A stretch of 64,000 nucleotides of DNA, taken from assembly GCA_030038125.1 (NCBI GenBank), contig JASHPL010000454.1:2261-66260 (forward strand). The letters are read 5' to 3'. The notes below the pieces were generated by a model. That model ran no database searches. It was not told the origin of the DNA and saw only the letters and a program-made list of their open reading frames with translations. The DNA comes from Candidatus Sulfotelmatobacter sp. (lineage in GTDB: Bacteria; Acidobacteriota; Terriglobia; Terriglobales; Acidobacteriaceae). A program made the translations under genes and the position numbers. Numbering within the stretch: the stretch's first letter is position 1; every line of letters starts with the position of its first letter. Below are positions 10,005-18,257 of this stretch, piece by piece.

Positions 10005-11827
10005 TTTGGCGCGCGCGGCTTGGAACTTTTGTCGCAGCGCTGGGCGCGACGGTATGCGGAACTGCTTTGCTCCTGGCCAGTCCGGTATCTCGTTCGAAGG
10101 CAAGTCCCGCACAAGTAACCTTCAATCGTGATATCGCTCCCATCATGTTTCGCTCTTGTTCCACCTGTCATCGCCCGGGCGAGGCCGCTCCCTTCTCGCT
10201 GCTGACTTATACCGACGCAAAGAGACATGCGCGACAGATCGCCGAGGTCACGCGCGGGCGCATTATGCCGCCCTGGCTTCCGGAGCCGCAGGAGCTGAAA
10301 TTCGCCGATGAAATGCGGTTGTCGCCGGCGGAGATCGACCTGATTCAGAAGTGGGTGGGGCAGGGCGCGGTCGAAGGAAATCCGGCCGATTTGCCGCCGC
10401 AACCGAAATTCGTTCAGGGCTGGGAGCTGGGCGAGCCTGACATGATTCTGAAAGCGGAGAAGCCGCTGATCCTGCCGCCGCAAGGAACTGACACGTATTG
10501 GAACTTCATCTTCCGCTTTCCGATCAACGAAACGCAATGGGTCAAGGCGATTGAGATTCGTCCCGGAGACAAGCAATACGTTCACCATGCCAATCTGTTG
10601 GTCGATCGCGAAGAGACTTCGCGCCGGCGAGAAGCCCAGCCTGGCGCTGGCTTCGGCGGGATGGAGATCCGCATCGAATCGCAGGTGTTCGATCCTGACA
10701 GCCACTTGCTTTTCTGGAAACCTGGAACAGCGCCCTACCCCGAACCGGAGGGAATGGCCTTGCGACTCGATAAGGGTACAGATCTGGTTCTCAACACGCA
10801 CCTGCAGCCGTCGGGCAAGACCGAGGTGATTCAGCCGAGCATTGGAATTTATTTCACGCCGCATCCTGCCACGAGATTCCCCATGCTGCTGCAGCTTGAA
10901 AACGATGTGAAGCTCGACATTCCAGCTGGCGACAAAGATTTTGTGGTCACAGATACTTTCAAGCTTCCCCTTGACGTTCAACTGCTGGCGATCTATCCGC
11001 ATGCGCACTATTTGGGCAAAGATATTCAGGCATTCGCGACTTTTCCCGACGGCACGGGCAAAACTCTGATTCACATTCCGCAATGGAATCTCAATTGGCA
11101 GGCCGTTTATCGCTATGCTGAGCCGGTCACGCTGCCGAGGAACACGGTTGTAACCATGCGATATGTGTATGACAACTCTGAAGACAATCCGCTAAATCCC
11201 AACCGTCCACCCATTCGCGTCCGCGGAGGCAATCGTTCTGCCGACGAAATGTGCCATTTATGGCTGCAGGTTCTGCCCATCCATTTCGATCCGGAGCAGG
11301 GCGATCCGCGCAGGGTACTGCAGGAAGCCCTGGCGCGGCATAACATCGAAAACAATCCCGCCGATTTTGAAGCGCACTACAACCTGGCGGCGATGCTGCA
11401 GGCAAAAGGGAGTGTCGATGGAGCCATCGAGGAATATCTGTCGGCATTGCGGCTGCGCCCGGACGACGCCGTCGCCAACAATGCGCTGGCAGCGGCTCTG
11501 CTCTCCCAGGGAAAACCGGACCGGGCTGAACCGTATCTGGTGGCGGCGCTGAAGGCTCGTCCGGATTATTTCGACGCGCACTACAATCTTGGGAATGCTT
11601 TGGCTGCGCAAAATGATTTTGCGGGGGCGGCAGAGCAGTTTCGCCTGGCTTTGCAGTCGCAATCGAACGATGCAAACTGTGAAGCCAATCTCGGCAGCGC
11701 TCTGGCGGAGATGGGACGGTTGTCCGAGGCAAAAACACATTTTGAACGCGCGTTGCAAATCGATCCGCATCATGCGTTGGCACAGGAAAATCTACAAGAG
11801 CTGCAGCGCGAGATGAAAGAACAATAA
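9980..11827 (+). CDS. membrane-anchored/secreted protein: CxxCH heme module, then PHM/DBH-like copper monooxygenase-like domain, then C-terminal TPR
   Basis: The track ORF starts at 9863. The ATG at 9980 gives an N-terminal anchor (LGTFVAALGATVCGTALLLA) and a 25-nt overlap with the previous gene. Motifs: 'FNRDIAPIMFRSCSTCHRPGEAAPFSLLTY...RIMPPW', then YVHHANL, NTHLQ, YPHAHYLG, SADEMCHLW (candidate Cu ligands). TPR repeats fill the last ~200 aa. Confidence 0.75.
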   Translation: MLHLRHRIIWRARLGTFVAALGATVCGTALLLASPVSRSKASPAQVTFNRDIAPIMFRSCSTCHRPGEAAPFSLLTYTDAKRHARQIAEVTRGRIMPPWLPEPQELKFADEMRLSPAEIDLIQKWVGQGAVEGNPADLPPQPKFVQGWELGEPDMILKAEKPLILPPQGTDTYWNFIFRFPINETQWVKAIEIRPGDKQYVHHANLLVDREETSRRREAQPGAGFGGMEIRIESQVFDPDSHLLFWKPGTAPYPEPEGMALRLDKGTDLVLNTHLQPSGKTEVIQPSIGIYFTPHPATRFPMLLQLENDVKLDIPAGDKDFVVTDTFKLPLDVQLLAIYPHAHYLGKDIQAFATFPDGTGKTLIHIPQWNLNWQAVYRYAEPVTLPRNTVVTMRYVYDNSEDNPLNPNRPPIRVRGGNRSADEMCHLWLQVLPIHFDPEQGDPRRVLQEALARHNIENNPADFEAHYNLAAMLQAKGSVDGAIEEYLSALRLRPDDAVANNALAAALLSQGKPDRAEPYLVAALKARPDYFDAHYNLGNALAAQNDFAGAAEQFRLALQSQSNDANCEANLGSALAEMGRLSEAKTHFERALQIDPHHALAQENLQELQREMKEQ

Positions 11828-11877
11828 ACGCTTCGCACGCAATAGAGGCTGTGTTCCCTTATCTCTGGGGTAGGTAA

Positions 11878-12924
11878 GTGATTCGAAAAGTTTGCAGACT
11901 TCGATTCGGCCGGGCGACGCTCCTTCTGCTCATCTCAGCCGCCATTGCGCTCGCGCAACAGGGACTTCCCTCTGCGCCAGTTCCCGACAAGAGTTCTGCC
12001 ACTCCTGATTTTGCTCACGCGCGCACACTTATGGAGGAGGGCAAGCTCGACGATGCCATCGCCGCACTGCAGGCGATCGAAACTTCGAATCCTGCGACGA
12101 AGGGACTCGCGCTCGAACTTGGCGTCGCGTATTACAAGAAGAGCGACTTTCCCAAGGCCATCCAATATCTGAAGCAGGCCTCGATGGAAGATCCTTCCAA
12201 CGGCGAGGCCACACAATTGCTCGGGCTTTCGTATTATCTTGGCGGCCATCCGCGCGATGCGATTCCGCTGCTCGAAAAAGTGCAGGGATGGTTTCCGCGC
12301 GCGAACGTCGACGCCTCCTACATTCTGGGGATCTGTTACATCCAGACCAAGGATTATCCAAACGCACGCAAGGCATTCGCGAAGATGTTTGACGTGCCGC
12401 AGGATTCAGCCGCGAGTTATCTTTTTACGGCGCGCATGTTGCTGCGCCAGGAGTTCGATCCCATCGCAGAGGAGTATGCGCAAAAGGCTGCGGCGCTCGA
12501 TCCCAAGCTGCCGTTGGTGCATTTTCTTCTGGGCGAGCTGTATCTCTACAAATCGCGCGTTCCCGAGGCGATTGCGGAATTTCAGAAGGAGCTCGCGATC
12601 AATCCTGCTCACGCCTCGACCTATTACAAGCTGGCCGATGCCTATTCGCGCATACAAAAGTATGACGACGCTGAAAGGCTTTTGCAGCGCTCCATCTGGC
12701 TCGATGCCACTTCGACCGGACCCTACATCCTGATGGGAAAAGTGCTCGAGAAAAAAGGCGAGTATGAATTGGCCGTCCGCGCCCTGCAACGAGCGGCAAC
12801 TATGGATCCCAACAATCCGACCACCCACCATCTTCTCGGACAGGCCTACCGTGACATGGGGAAGAAAGACCAGGCCGACAATGAATTGAGGCTGGCGGAG
12901 CAATTGCAGACTCGGCAGCAATAA
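11878..12924 (+). CDS. secreted TPR repeat protein
   Basis: 348 aa, GTG start. Leader ATLLLLISAAIALAQQ. Canonical TPR periodicity throughout (e.g. AIQYLKQASMEDPSNGEATQLLGLSYY). Confidence 0.8.
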   Translation: MIRKVCRLRFGRATLLLLISAAIALAQQGLPSAPVPDKSSATPDFAHARTLMEEGKLDDAIAALQAIETSNPATKGLALELGVAYYKKSDFPKAIQYLKQASMEDPSNGEATQLLGLSYYLGGHPRDAIPLLEKVQGWFPRANVDASYILGICYIQTKDYPNARKAFAKMFDVPQDSAASYLFTARMLLRQEFDPIAEEYAQKAAALDPKLPLVHFLLGELYLYKSRVPEAIAEFQKELAINPAHASTYYKLADAYSRIQKYDDAERLLQRSIWLDATSTGPYILMGKVLEKKGEYELAVRALQRAATMDPNNPTTHHLLGQAYRDMGKKDQADNELRLAEQLQTRQQ

Positions 12925-12939
12925 AATTGATCTCCAATC

Positions 12940-14742
12940 TCAGTTGGAGTTTTTCTGTGCGGCCAGACGCGGGTCGAGTTCCCCGGCCTTCTCAAACTCT
13001 TTCGCCGATTCCTGCTTGTCGCCCTTTTGCGCGAGCGCGATGCCGAGCTCAAAGTGCGCCATCGCATAACTTGGCATGGAATTGATGGCGGAGTGGAATT
13101 GCGAGATGGCGCCATCGAGATCCCCATTCGAAAGCAAGCGCTTCCCCGAATTGGTGGCAAAGGTTGCGGCCTGCAGATTTGTCTTCTGCAGCGCTAACTG
13201 CGCTCCGGCTTTGGCTTCTGCTGCGGCTCCGGCGCTGTCGCCTAATTGACGCAAAACTGCGGCGAGCGTGGTGTGGGCTCCGGCAAAATCCGGTTGCAAC
13301 TGAATCGCCTTGCGCAAAGCACCCGCCGCCTCCGGGTATTTTTCCATCTGCTTGTACACCGTGCCCAGCGTGTAATAGGCCTCGGCATAGTCGGGCTGAG
13401 AGCGGATTGCGGCCTGCAATTGCGCCGCGGCGGCGGGAAAATCTCCTGACTGCCACAGCGTGACTCCTAGGCTGTAATGCGCATCGGCAAGATTGGGGTC
13501 CAGACGCAACGTCTCTTTCCACTCGGCGATCGCGCCCGGCAAGTCGTCCTTCAGCTTCAAGGCCAGCGCTAAATCGTAGTGCAAATTGGCGCGATCAGGG
13601 GCCAACTCCAAAGCACCGCGGAATTCGGTGATCGCGGAATCGAAGTCCGCCTTCTGCAGGTACGCCGTGCCCAGGTTTCCCTGAAACTCTGCGTCCTTGG
13701 GCTGAAGCTCGATCGCGCGCCGAAATTCTTTGATTGCGCCGTCACCGTCTCCACGCTGCATCAAAGCTAAACCTAAATTGTTGTGCGCTTCCGGATCGGA
13801 CGGCGCTTGTTGAAGGCACTTTTGAAACGCCGTGACCGCGCGATCGATCTCTCCCATGCGCTGCGCCAGCATTCCGAGGCTGGTCTGCAGATTCGAAAGG
13901 TTGGGATTGATTTCGTCGGCACGCTCGTAAGACTGCAACGCCTCATCCCGATTGCCGAGTGACGCTTCCGTGGTCGCGCGATAGTACCACGCGGTAGCAT
14001 CGTGAGGATCCAGTCGCACGGCGCTATCGAGCGGCGCAAGCGCATGATTCAGATCGCCGCTCGCCGACAGCGCAACGCCGAGATGCACATACGCGCTTTC
14101 CTCATGCGCATCCAGCTTGATCGCTTCGCGAAATTCCTGCATGGCTTCCGAAAAATTTGCTTGCCGCGCCAGTAGCGTTCCCAGTTCATCATGCAGATCG
14201 GCTCTTTCGGGTGCGAGACGAACCGCCGCCTTCATGTCAGAAATTGCTTCCTCATTTTTCTGCTGCAGAACCAGAGCCTGCGCCAACTCCCGGTGCGCTT
14301 CCGGTTGCTGGGGAGCGAGTTCGACGGCGCGGCGCAGTTCAAGCACGGCCTCATCCAATTGCCCTTGCGCCTCCAGAGCCTGCGCCAGATACGCGTGGGC
14401 GATCGCCAAGCTGGGCCGCAGGCGGACCAGTTCACGAAAATGCGGAATCGCGTTGGCAATCTCTCCCTGCTGCAGCAGCACCTGTCCCAGCATGTTCTGG
14501 GCGTCGGCGCTGCGCGGATTCGTTTTGAGCGATTTTTCGAATGCCACACGGGCCGCAGCCAGATCTCCGCGTTGCATTGCCGCGATACCGGTTTGATAAT
14601 CGGACGATCCGGGTTTGGCCGGCACGGAAGTTTGCGCGACAGCGCCGCCACACAGCAATACTGCAACCAGAATCGCAACCATGATCAGTTCAGCGGGAAG
14701 TGAAACCAGAATAGCAGTTTCGCCCGGAATTGCTGCGTTCAT
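12940..14742 (-). CDS. large TPR repeat protein (secreted or anchored)
   Basis: 600 aa, more than 12 TPR units (e.g. AEAYYTLGTVYKQMEKYPEAAGALRKAIQLQPDFAGAH). The internal ATG at 14682 would give a cleaner leader (MVAILVAVLLCGGAVAQ). Convergent with the previous TPR gene (15-nt gap). Confidence 0.8.
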   Translation of the reverse strand: MNAAIPGETAILVSLPAELIMVAILVAVLLCGGAVAQTSVPAKPGSSDYQTGIAAMQRGDLAAARVAFEKSLKTNPRSADAQNMLGQVLLQQGEIANAIPHFRELVRLRPSLAIAHAYLAQALEAQGQLDEAVLELRRAVELAPQQPEAHRELAQALVLQQKNEEAISDMKAAVRLAPERADLHDELGTLLARQANFSEAMQEFREAIKLDAHEESAYVHLGVALSASGDLNHALAPLDSAVRLDPHDATAWYYRATTEASLGNRDEALQSYERADEINPNLSNLQTSLGMLAQRMGEIDRAVTAFQKCLQQAPSDPEAHNNLGLALMQRGDGDGAIKEFRRAIELQPKDAEFQGNLGTAYLQKADFDSAITEFRGALELAPDRANLHYDLALALKLKDDLPGAIAEWKETLRLDPNLADAHYSLGVTLWQSGDFPAAAAQLQAAIRSQPDYAEAYYTLGTVYKQMEKYPEAAGALRKAIQLQPDFAGAHTTLAAVLRQLGDSAGAAAEAKAGAQLALQKTNLQAATFATNSGKRLLSNGDLDGAISQFHSAINSMPSYAMAHFELGIALAQKGDKQESAKEFEKAGELDPRLAAQKNSN

Positions 14743-14820
14743 TCTGCCGCTGGTTGCCTTGGCAATCTGCTTGACCGTAATAGAGGGCCTTCCCTAACAT
14801 CTCAAACTAGGCCCCCGGCA

Positions 14821-16605
14821 TTGAAGTCTCTTCCCTATTTTCTGACGTTTCTATTGGGCAGCTTTGCGGCAATTCACTCTTCTGCCGTGCGCAGAACTGT
14901 GCTTCAAACCGGATCAGAAACCTCGACTGCGGCCAAGCAGTCCGCCAATGCCGCCGCTCCCATCGCCAACTTTATCGATGTTGCCGCCAAAGCCGGACTC
15001 ACCACGCAAGAAATTTTTGGCGGAATCACGACCAAGAAATACATCATCGAGACCACCGGTACCGGCGTGGCCATCTTCGACTACGACAACGATGGCTGGC
15101 CCGATATTTTCATCGTGAATGGGCGCCGTCTCGAATCCCCGTCATCATCCGAAGCGCTGACCAGTCATCTTTATCGCAACAATCATGACGGCACCTTTAC
15201 GGACGTCACCGCGAAAGCCGGTCTCACGCAAACCGGCTGGGGACAAGGTGTCTGCGTGGGTGACTACGACAATGACGGATGGGAAGATCTTTACGTCACC
15301 TACTACGGAAAAAATCGGCTTTATCACAACGATCATGGAGTCTTCACCGAAGTCGGCGAAAAGGCTGGCGTGGCGGGATCGGGCAAGGCCTGGGGCACGG
15401 GATGCGCCTTCGTTGACTACGATCGCGACGGCCATCTCGACCTGATGGTCGCCAACTACGTCGACTTCGATCTGGCGTCGGCGCCAGCGCCCGGAGATCG
15501 TCCCACCTGCATCTGGAAAGGGGTTCCGGTGATGTGCGGCCCCCGCGGCCTGTCCTGGGCGAAGAATATTCTCTATCACAATCGCGGCGACGGCACTTTT
15601 GAAGATGTGACTGCGAAGGCCCACATCGACCACACCGATGGTCACTACTCGCTCAGCGTCTCAACTCTCGATTTCGACGAAGACGGCTGGCCCGATATCT
15701 ACGTTGCCTGCGACAGCACGCCCAGCATTCTCTATCGCAACAATCACGATGGCACTTTCACCGATGTCGCAGTCACGGCCGGCGCAGCTTTCAACGAGGA
15801 CGGGCGCGAGCAAGCCGGCATGGGTTCGACCATCGGCGACTACAATGGCGACGGCCATCTCGACATCTTTAAAACCAATTTTTCTGACGATACTTCCACG
15901 CTCTACCGCAACAACGGCGACGGCACCTTCACCGACGCGACTACCGCCGCCGGGCTTGGCCTGCACACCCAATACCTGGGGTGGGGAACCATGTTTTTCG
16001 ATTTCGATAACGATGGCTGGCCCGATCTGCTGCTCGTCAATGGACACGTCTATCCTGAAGTTGACAGCCAGCATCTCGGCAGCAGTTTCAAAGAACCGCG
16101 CATTCTCTACCACAACAACGGGGATGGCACGTTTAGCGACATCTCAGCATCGGCCGGCGCCGGGATCACCACCCCCGCTTCCTCACGCGGTCTTGCGATT
16201 GGCGACTTGTGGAATGACGGCAAGCTCTCCGCCGTGATCAGCAATATAAACGACGCACCAAGTCTGCTGGTCAACCAGATTCGCAGCAAGAATCATTGGA
16301 TCGCGATTCATACCGTTGGGACCAAATCGAATCGCGATGGGATTGGCGCAAGAGTTCTGGTCAAGACGCCGACGCGCACGCTCGTCGATGAAGTCGGCAG
16401 CGGCTCCAGCTACGATTCCAACAGCGACATGCGGGTGCACTTCGGATTGGGTTCGGCTTCGAAAATCGAGTGGGTCGAAATCCGCTGGCCCAGCGGGGTA
16501 GTCGAACAATTTCCAAATTTGGCGGTCGATCAGATTCACACGCTGAAGGAAGGATCGGGAATCGCCCGTACCACGAGGACAGACCACTCTACGCCCACTT
16601 CATAG
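14821..16605 (+). CDS. ASPIC/UnbV (CRTAC1-like) FG-GAP repeat protein, paralog of 467-2320
   Basis: 594 aa, TTG start. Sec-type leader MKSLPYFLTFLLGSFAAIHSSA. Same FG-GAP motifs (FDYDNDGWPDIF, GDYDNDGWEDLY, VDYDRDGHLDLM). C-terminal 'IGARVLV...GSGSSYDSNSD...IRWPSG'. Confidence 0.9.
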   Translation: MKSLPYFLTFLLGSFAAIHSSAVRRTVLQTGSETSTAAKQSANAAAPIANFIDVAAKAGLTTQEIFGGITTKKYIIETTGTGVAIFDYDNDGWPDIFIVNGRRLESPSSSEALTSHLYRNNHDGTFTDVTAKAGLTQTGWGQGVCVGDYDNDGWEDLYVTYYGKNRLYHNDHGVFTEVGEKAGVAGSGKAWGTGCAFVDYDRDGHLDLMVANYVDFDLASAPAPGDRPTCIWKGVPVMCGPRGLSWAKNILYHNRGDGTFEDVTAKAHIDHTDGHYSLSVSTLDFDEDGWPDIYVACDSTPSILYRNNHDGTFTDVAVTAGAAFNEDGREQAGMGSTIGDYNGDGHLDIFKTNFSDDTSTLYRNNGDGTFTDATTAAGLGLHTQYLGWGTMFFDFDNDGWPDLLLVNGHVYPEVDSQHLGSSFKEPRILYHNNGDGTFSDISASAGAGITTPASSRGLAIGDLWNDGKLSAVISNINDAPSLLVNQIRSKNHWIAIHTVGTKSNRDGIGARVLVKTPTRTLVDEVGSGSSYDSNSDMRVHFGLGSASKIEWVEIRWPSGVVEQFPNLAVDQIHTLKEGSGIARTTRTDHSTPTS

Positions 16606-16641
16606 ATGGGCCATATAGAACCATTCCAGAAATGTGTGAGT

Positions 16642-17511
16642 TCACCTGACTTTGCGGAGCAGCAAGTCTCCGGCGATAAAAACGAAAAACAACACCGAAA
16701 TTACGCCGTTCATGGTGAAGAATGCGGCGTTCAGTTTGCTCAGATCGTCGGCGGAGACGAGGGAGTGCTCATAGGCGAGCAGAACCGCAACCACCACTAC
16801 GCCTGCGATTGCGAGTTTGCCGAGCGCAAAAAACCACAGCAGCGCGATCAACAGCGCCAGCATGGCGAGATGAAAAACCCGAGCGATCCACAAAGCGCGT
16901 CCGATTCCGAGAAAGCGCGGGATCGAATGCAAGCCCGCCCGCCGGTCAAAATCGAAATCCTGGCAAGCGTATAAAACGTCGAATCCTCCTACCCAAAACA
17001 TTACTGCCGCAGTGAGCAGCAAAATGCGCGGATCGAGTGATCCGCGCACCGCAATCCAGGCTGCGGCTGGCGCAATTCCCAGAGCAAAGCCGAGTACCAG
17101 ATGCGACCAGCGTGTAAACCGCTTGGTATAGGAATAGAGCAACAACACCGCCAATGCGACCGGAGACAGCCAGAGCGTGAGTCGATTCAGTTGGCTCGCC
17201 GCAAGAATAAAAATCGCGCTTGAAACCACAACAAACGTTGCCACGAATGCGGGCGAGAGATGCCCGGCAGGCAAAGCGCGTGTGCGCGTGCGGGGATTTG
17301 CAGCATCAATCGACGCGTCAGCCAGACGGTTGAAGGCCATGGCAGCCGAACGCGCCGCAATCATAGCAACAACGATCCACACCAGTTGATGCTCGGTCGG
17401 GGATCCTCCAGCTGCAAGCATGGCTCCGCACAATGCAAACGGGAGCGCAAAAATCGAGTGCTCCCATTTGATCATCTCCAGCGTAACCCGCAAATTGTGC
17501 ATGACCGCCAT
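16642..17511 (-). CDS. UbiA-family aromatic polyprenyltransferase (4-hydroxybenzoate polyprenyltransferase-like / MqnP-type)
   Basis: Multi-TM protein with '[31 protein letters not shown]' (NxxxDxxxD prenyl-diphosphate motif) and a second Asp-rich region '[13 protein letters not shown]'. The track ORF extends to 17601; the ATG at 17511 avoids overlap with pcm. Confidence 0.85.
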   Translation of the reverse strand: MAVMHNLRVTLEMIKWEHSIFALPFALCGAMLAAGGSPTEHQLVWIVVAMIAARSAAMAFNRLADASIDAANPRTRTRALPAGHLSPAFVATFVVVSSAIFILAASQLNRLTLWLSPVALAVLLLYSYTKRFTRWSHLVLGFALGIAPAAAWIAVRGSLDPRILLLTAAVMFWVGGFDVLYACQDFDFDRRAGLHSIPRFLGIGRALWIARVFHLAMLALLIALLWFFALGKLAIAGVVVVAVLLAYEHSLVSADDLSKLNAAFFTMNGVISVLFFVFIAGDLLLRKVR

Positions 17512-17569
17512 TGAGAAGATTGTAACGGAAGGCGGGGCACCGATTTCCGAGAGAAGGCCGGATTCGGCC

Positions 17570-18226
17570 CTACGTCGTGCTCCCGGGAACCAGCGGAACA
17601 AATCGGCAAAGCTCGCGCAGGGTGATCTTCGGCTGACCGTCTTGCATTTGGATCACCTGCAATTGCTGCGACTCCGCCGGTCCGATGGGAATCACCATGC
17701 GTCCGCCTTCAGCGAGTTGCTCGAGTAATGCGGGAGGCACTCCGGGACTGGCGGCCGAAACCAGAATCCCCTCATAAGGGGCAGACGGTGGAAATCCCTG
17801 GCTGCCATCGCCCGTAATTACGTTCACATTTCGATAACCCATGCCCGCCAATAATTCTCGGGATCGAGCGGCAAGCGCGGCATGGCGCTCGAGCGAGACG
17901 ACCTGCGCCGCCAGTTCGGCTAACAAGGCCGTCACGTATCCCGATCCAGTGCCAACTTCAAGAACTTGATCGTCAGGTTCCGGCGCCAGCAACTCCAGCA
18001 TGAGAGCCACAATGAATGGCTGAGAAATCGTCTGCTCTTCCCCGATCGGAAGTGGATAGTCCTCATACGCCTGATCGCGAAAACGCTGATCGGTGAATTT
18101 GTGGCGGGGAACTCGCGCCATCGCCGCAAGCACGCGCTCATCCTCAATGCCTCGCGCGCGGAGTTGAACCTCAACCATTCGCATACGCAAAGCCGCAAGG
18201 ATAGCTTCATCTTCGGAAGACATCAT
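17570..18226 (-). CDS. pcm: protein-L-isoaspartate O-methyltransferase
   Basis: '[42 protein letters not shown]' and the SAM motif '[18 protein letters not shown]'. The ATG at 18226 lies downstream of the tamB stop; the track ORF to 18301 overlaps tamB. Confidence 0.9.
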   Translation of the reverse strand: MMSSEDEAILAALRMRMVEVQLRARGIEDERVLAAMARVPRHKFTDQRFRDQAYEDYPLPIGEEQTISQPFIVALMLELLAPEPDDQVLEVGTGSGYVTALLAELAAQVVSLERHAALAARSRELLAGMGYRNVNVITGDGSQGFPPSAPYEGILVSAASPGVPPALLEQLAEGGRMVIPIGPAESQQLQVIQMQDGQPKITLRELCRFVPLVPGSTT

Positions 18227-18257
18227 CGTAAGCGGTGATGGGAAGGCGGTGCCGGCG

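Noticed and set aside
16606-16974. 122-aa plus-strand ORF immediately after the second CRTAC1-like gene.
   Set aside because: It is entirely antisense to the UbiA-family gene, and its Q/R/H/E-rich translation has no fold-like pattern.
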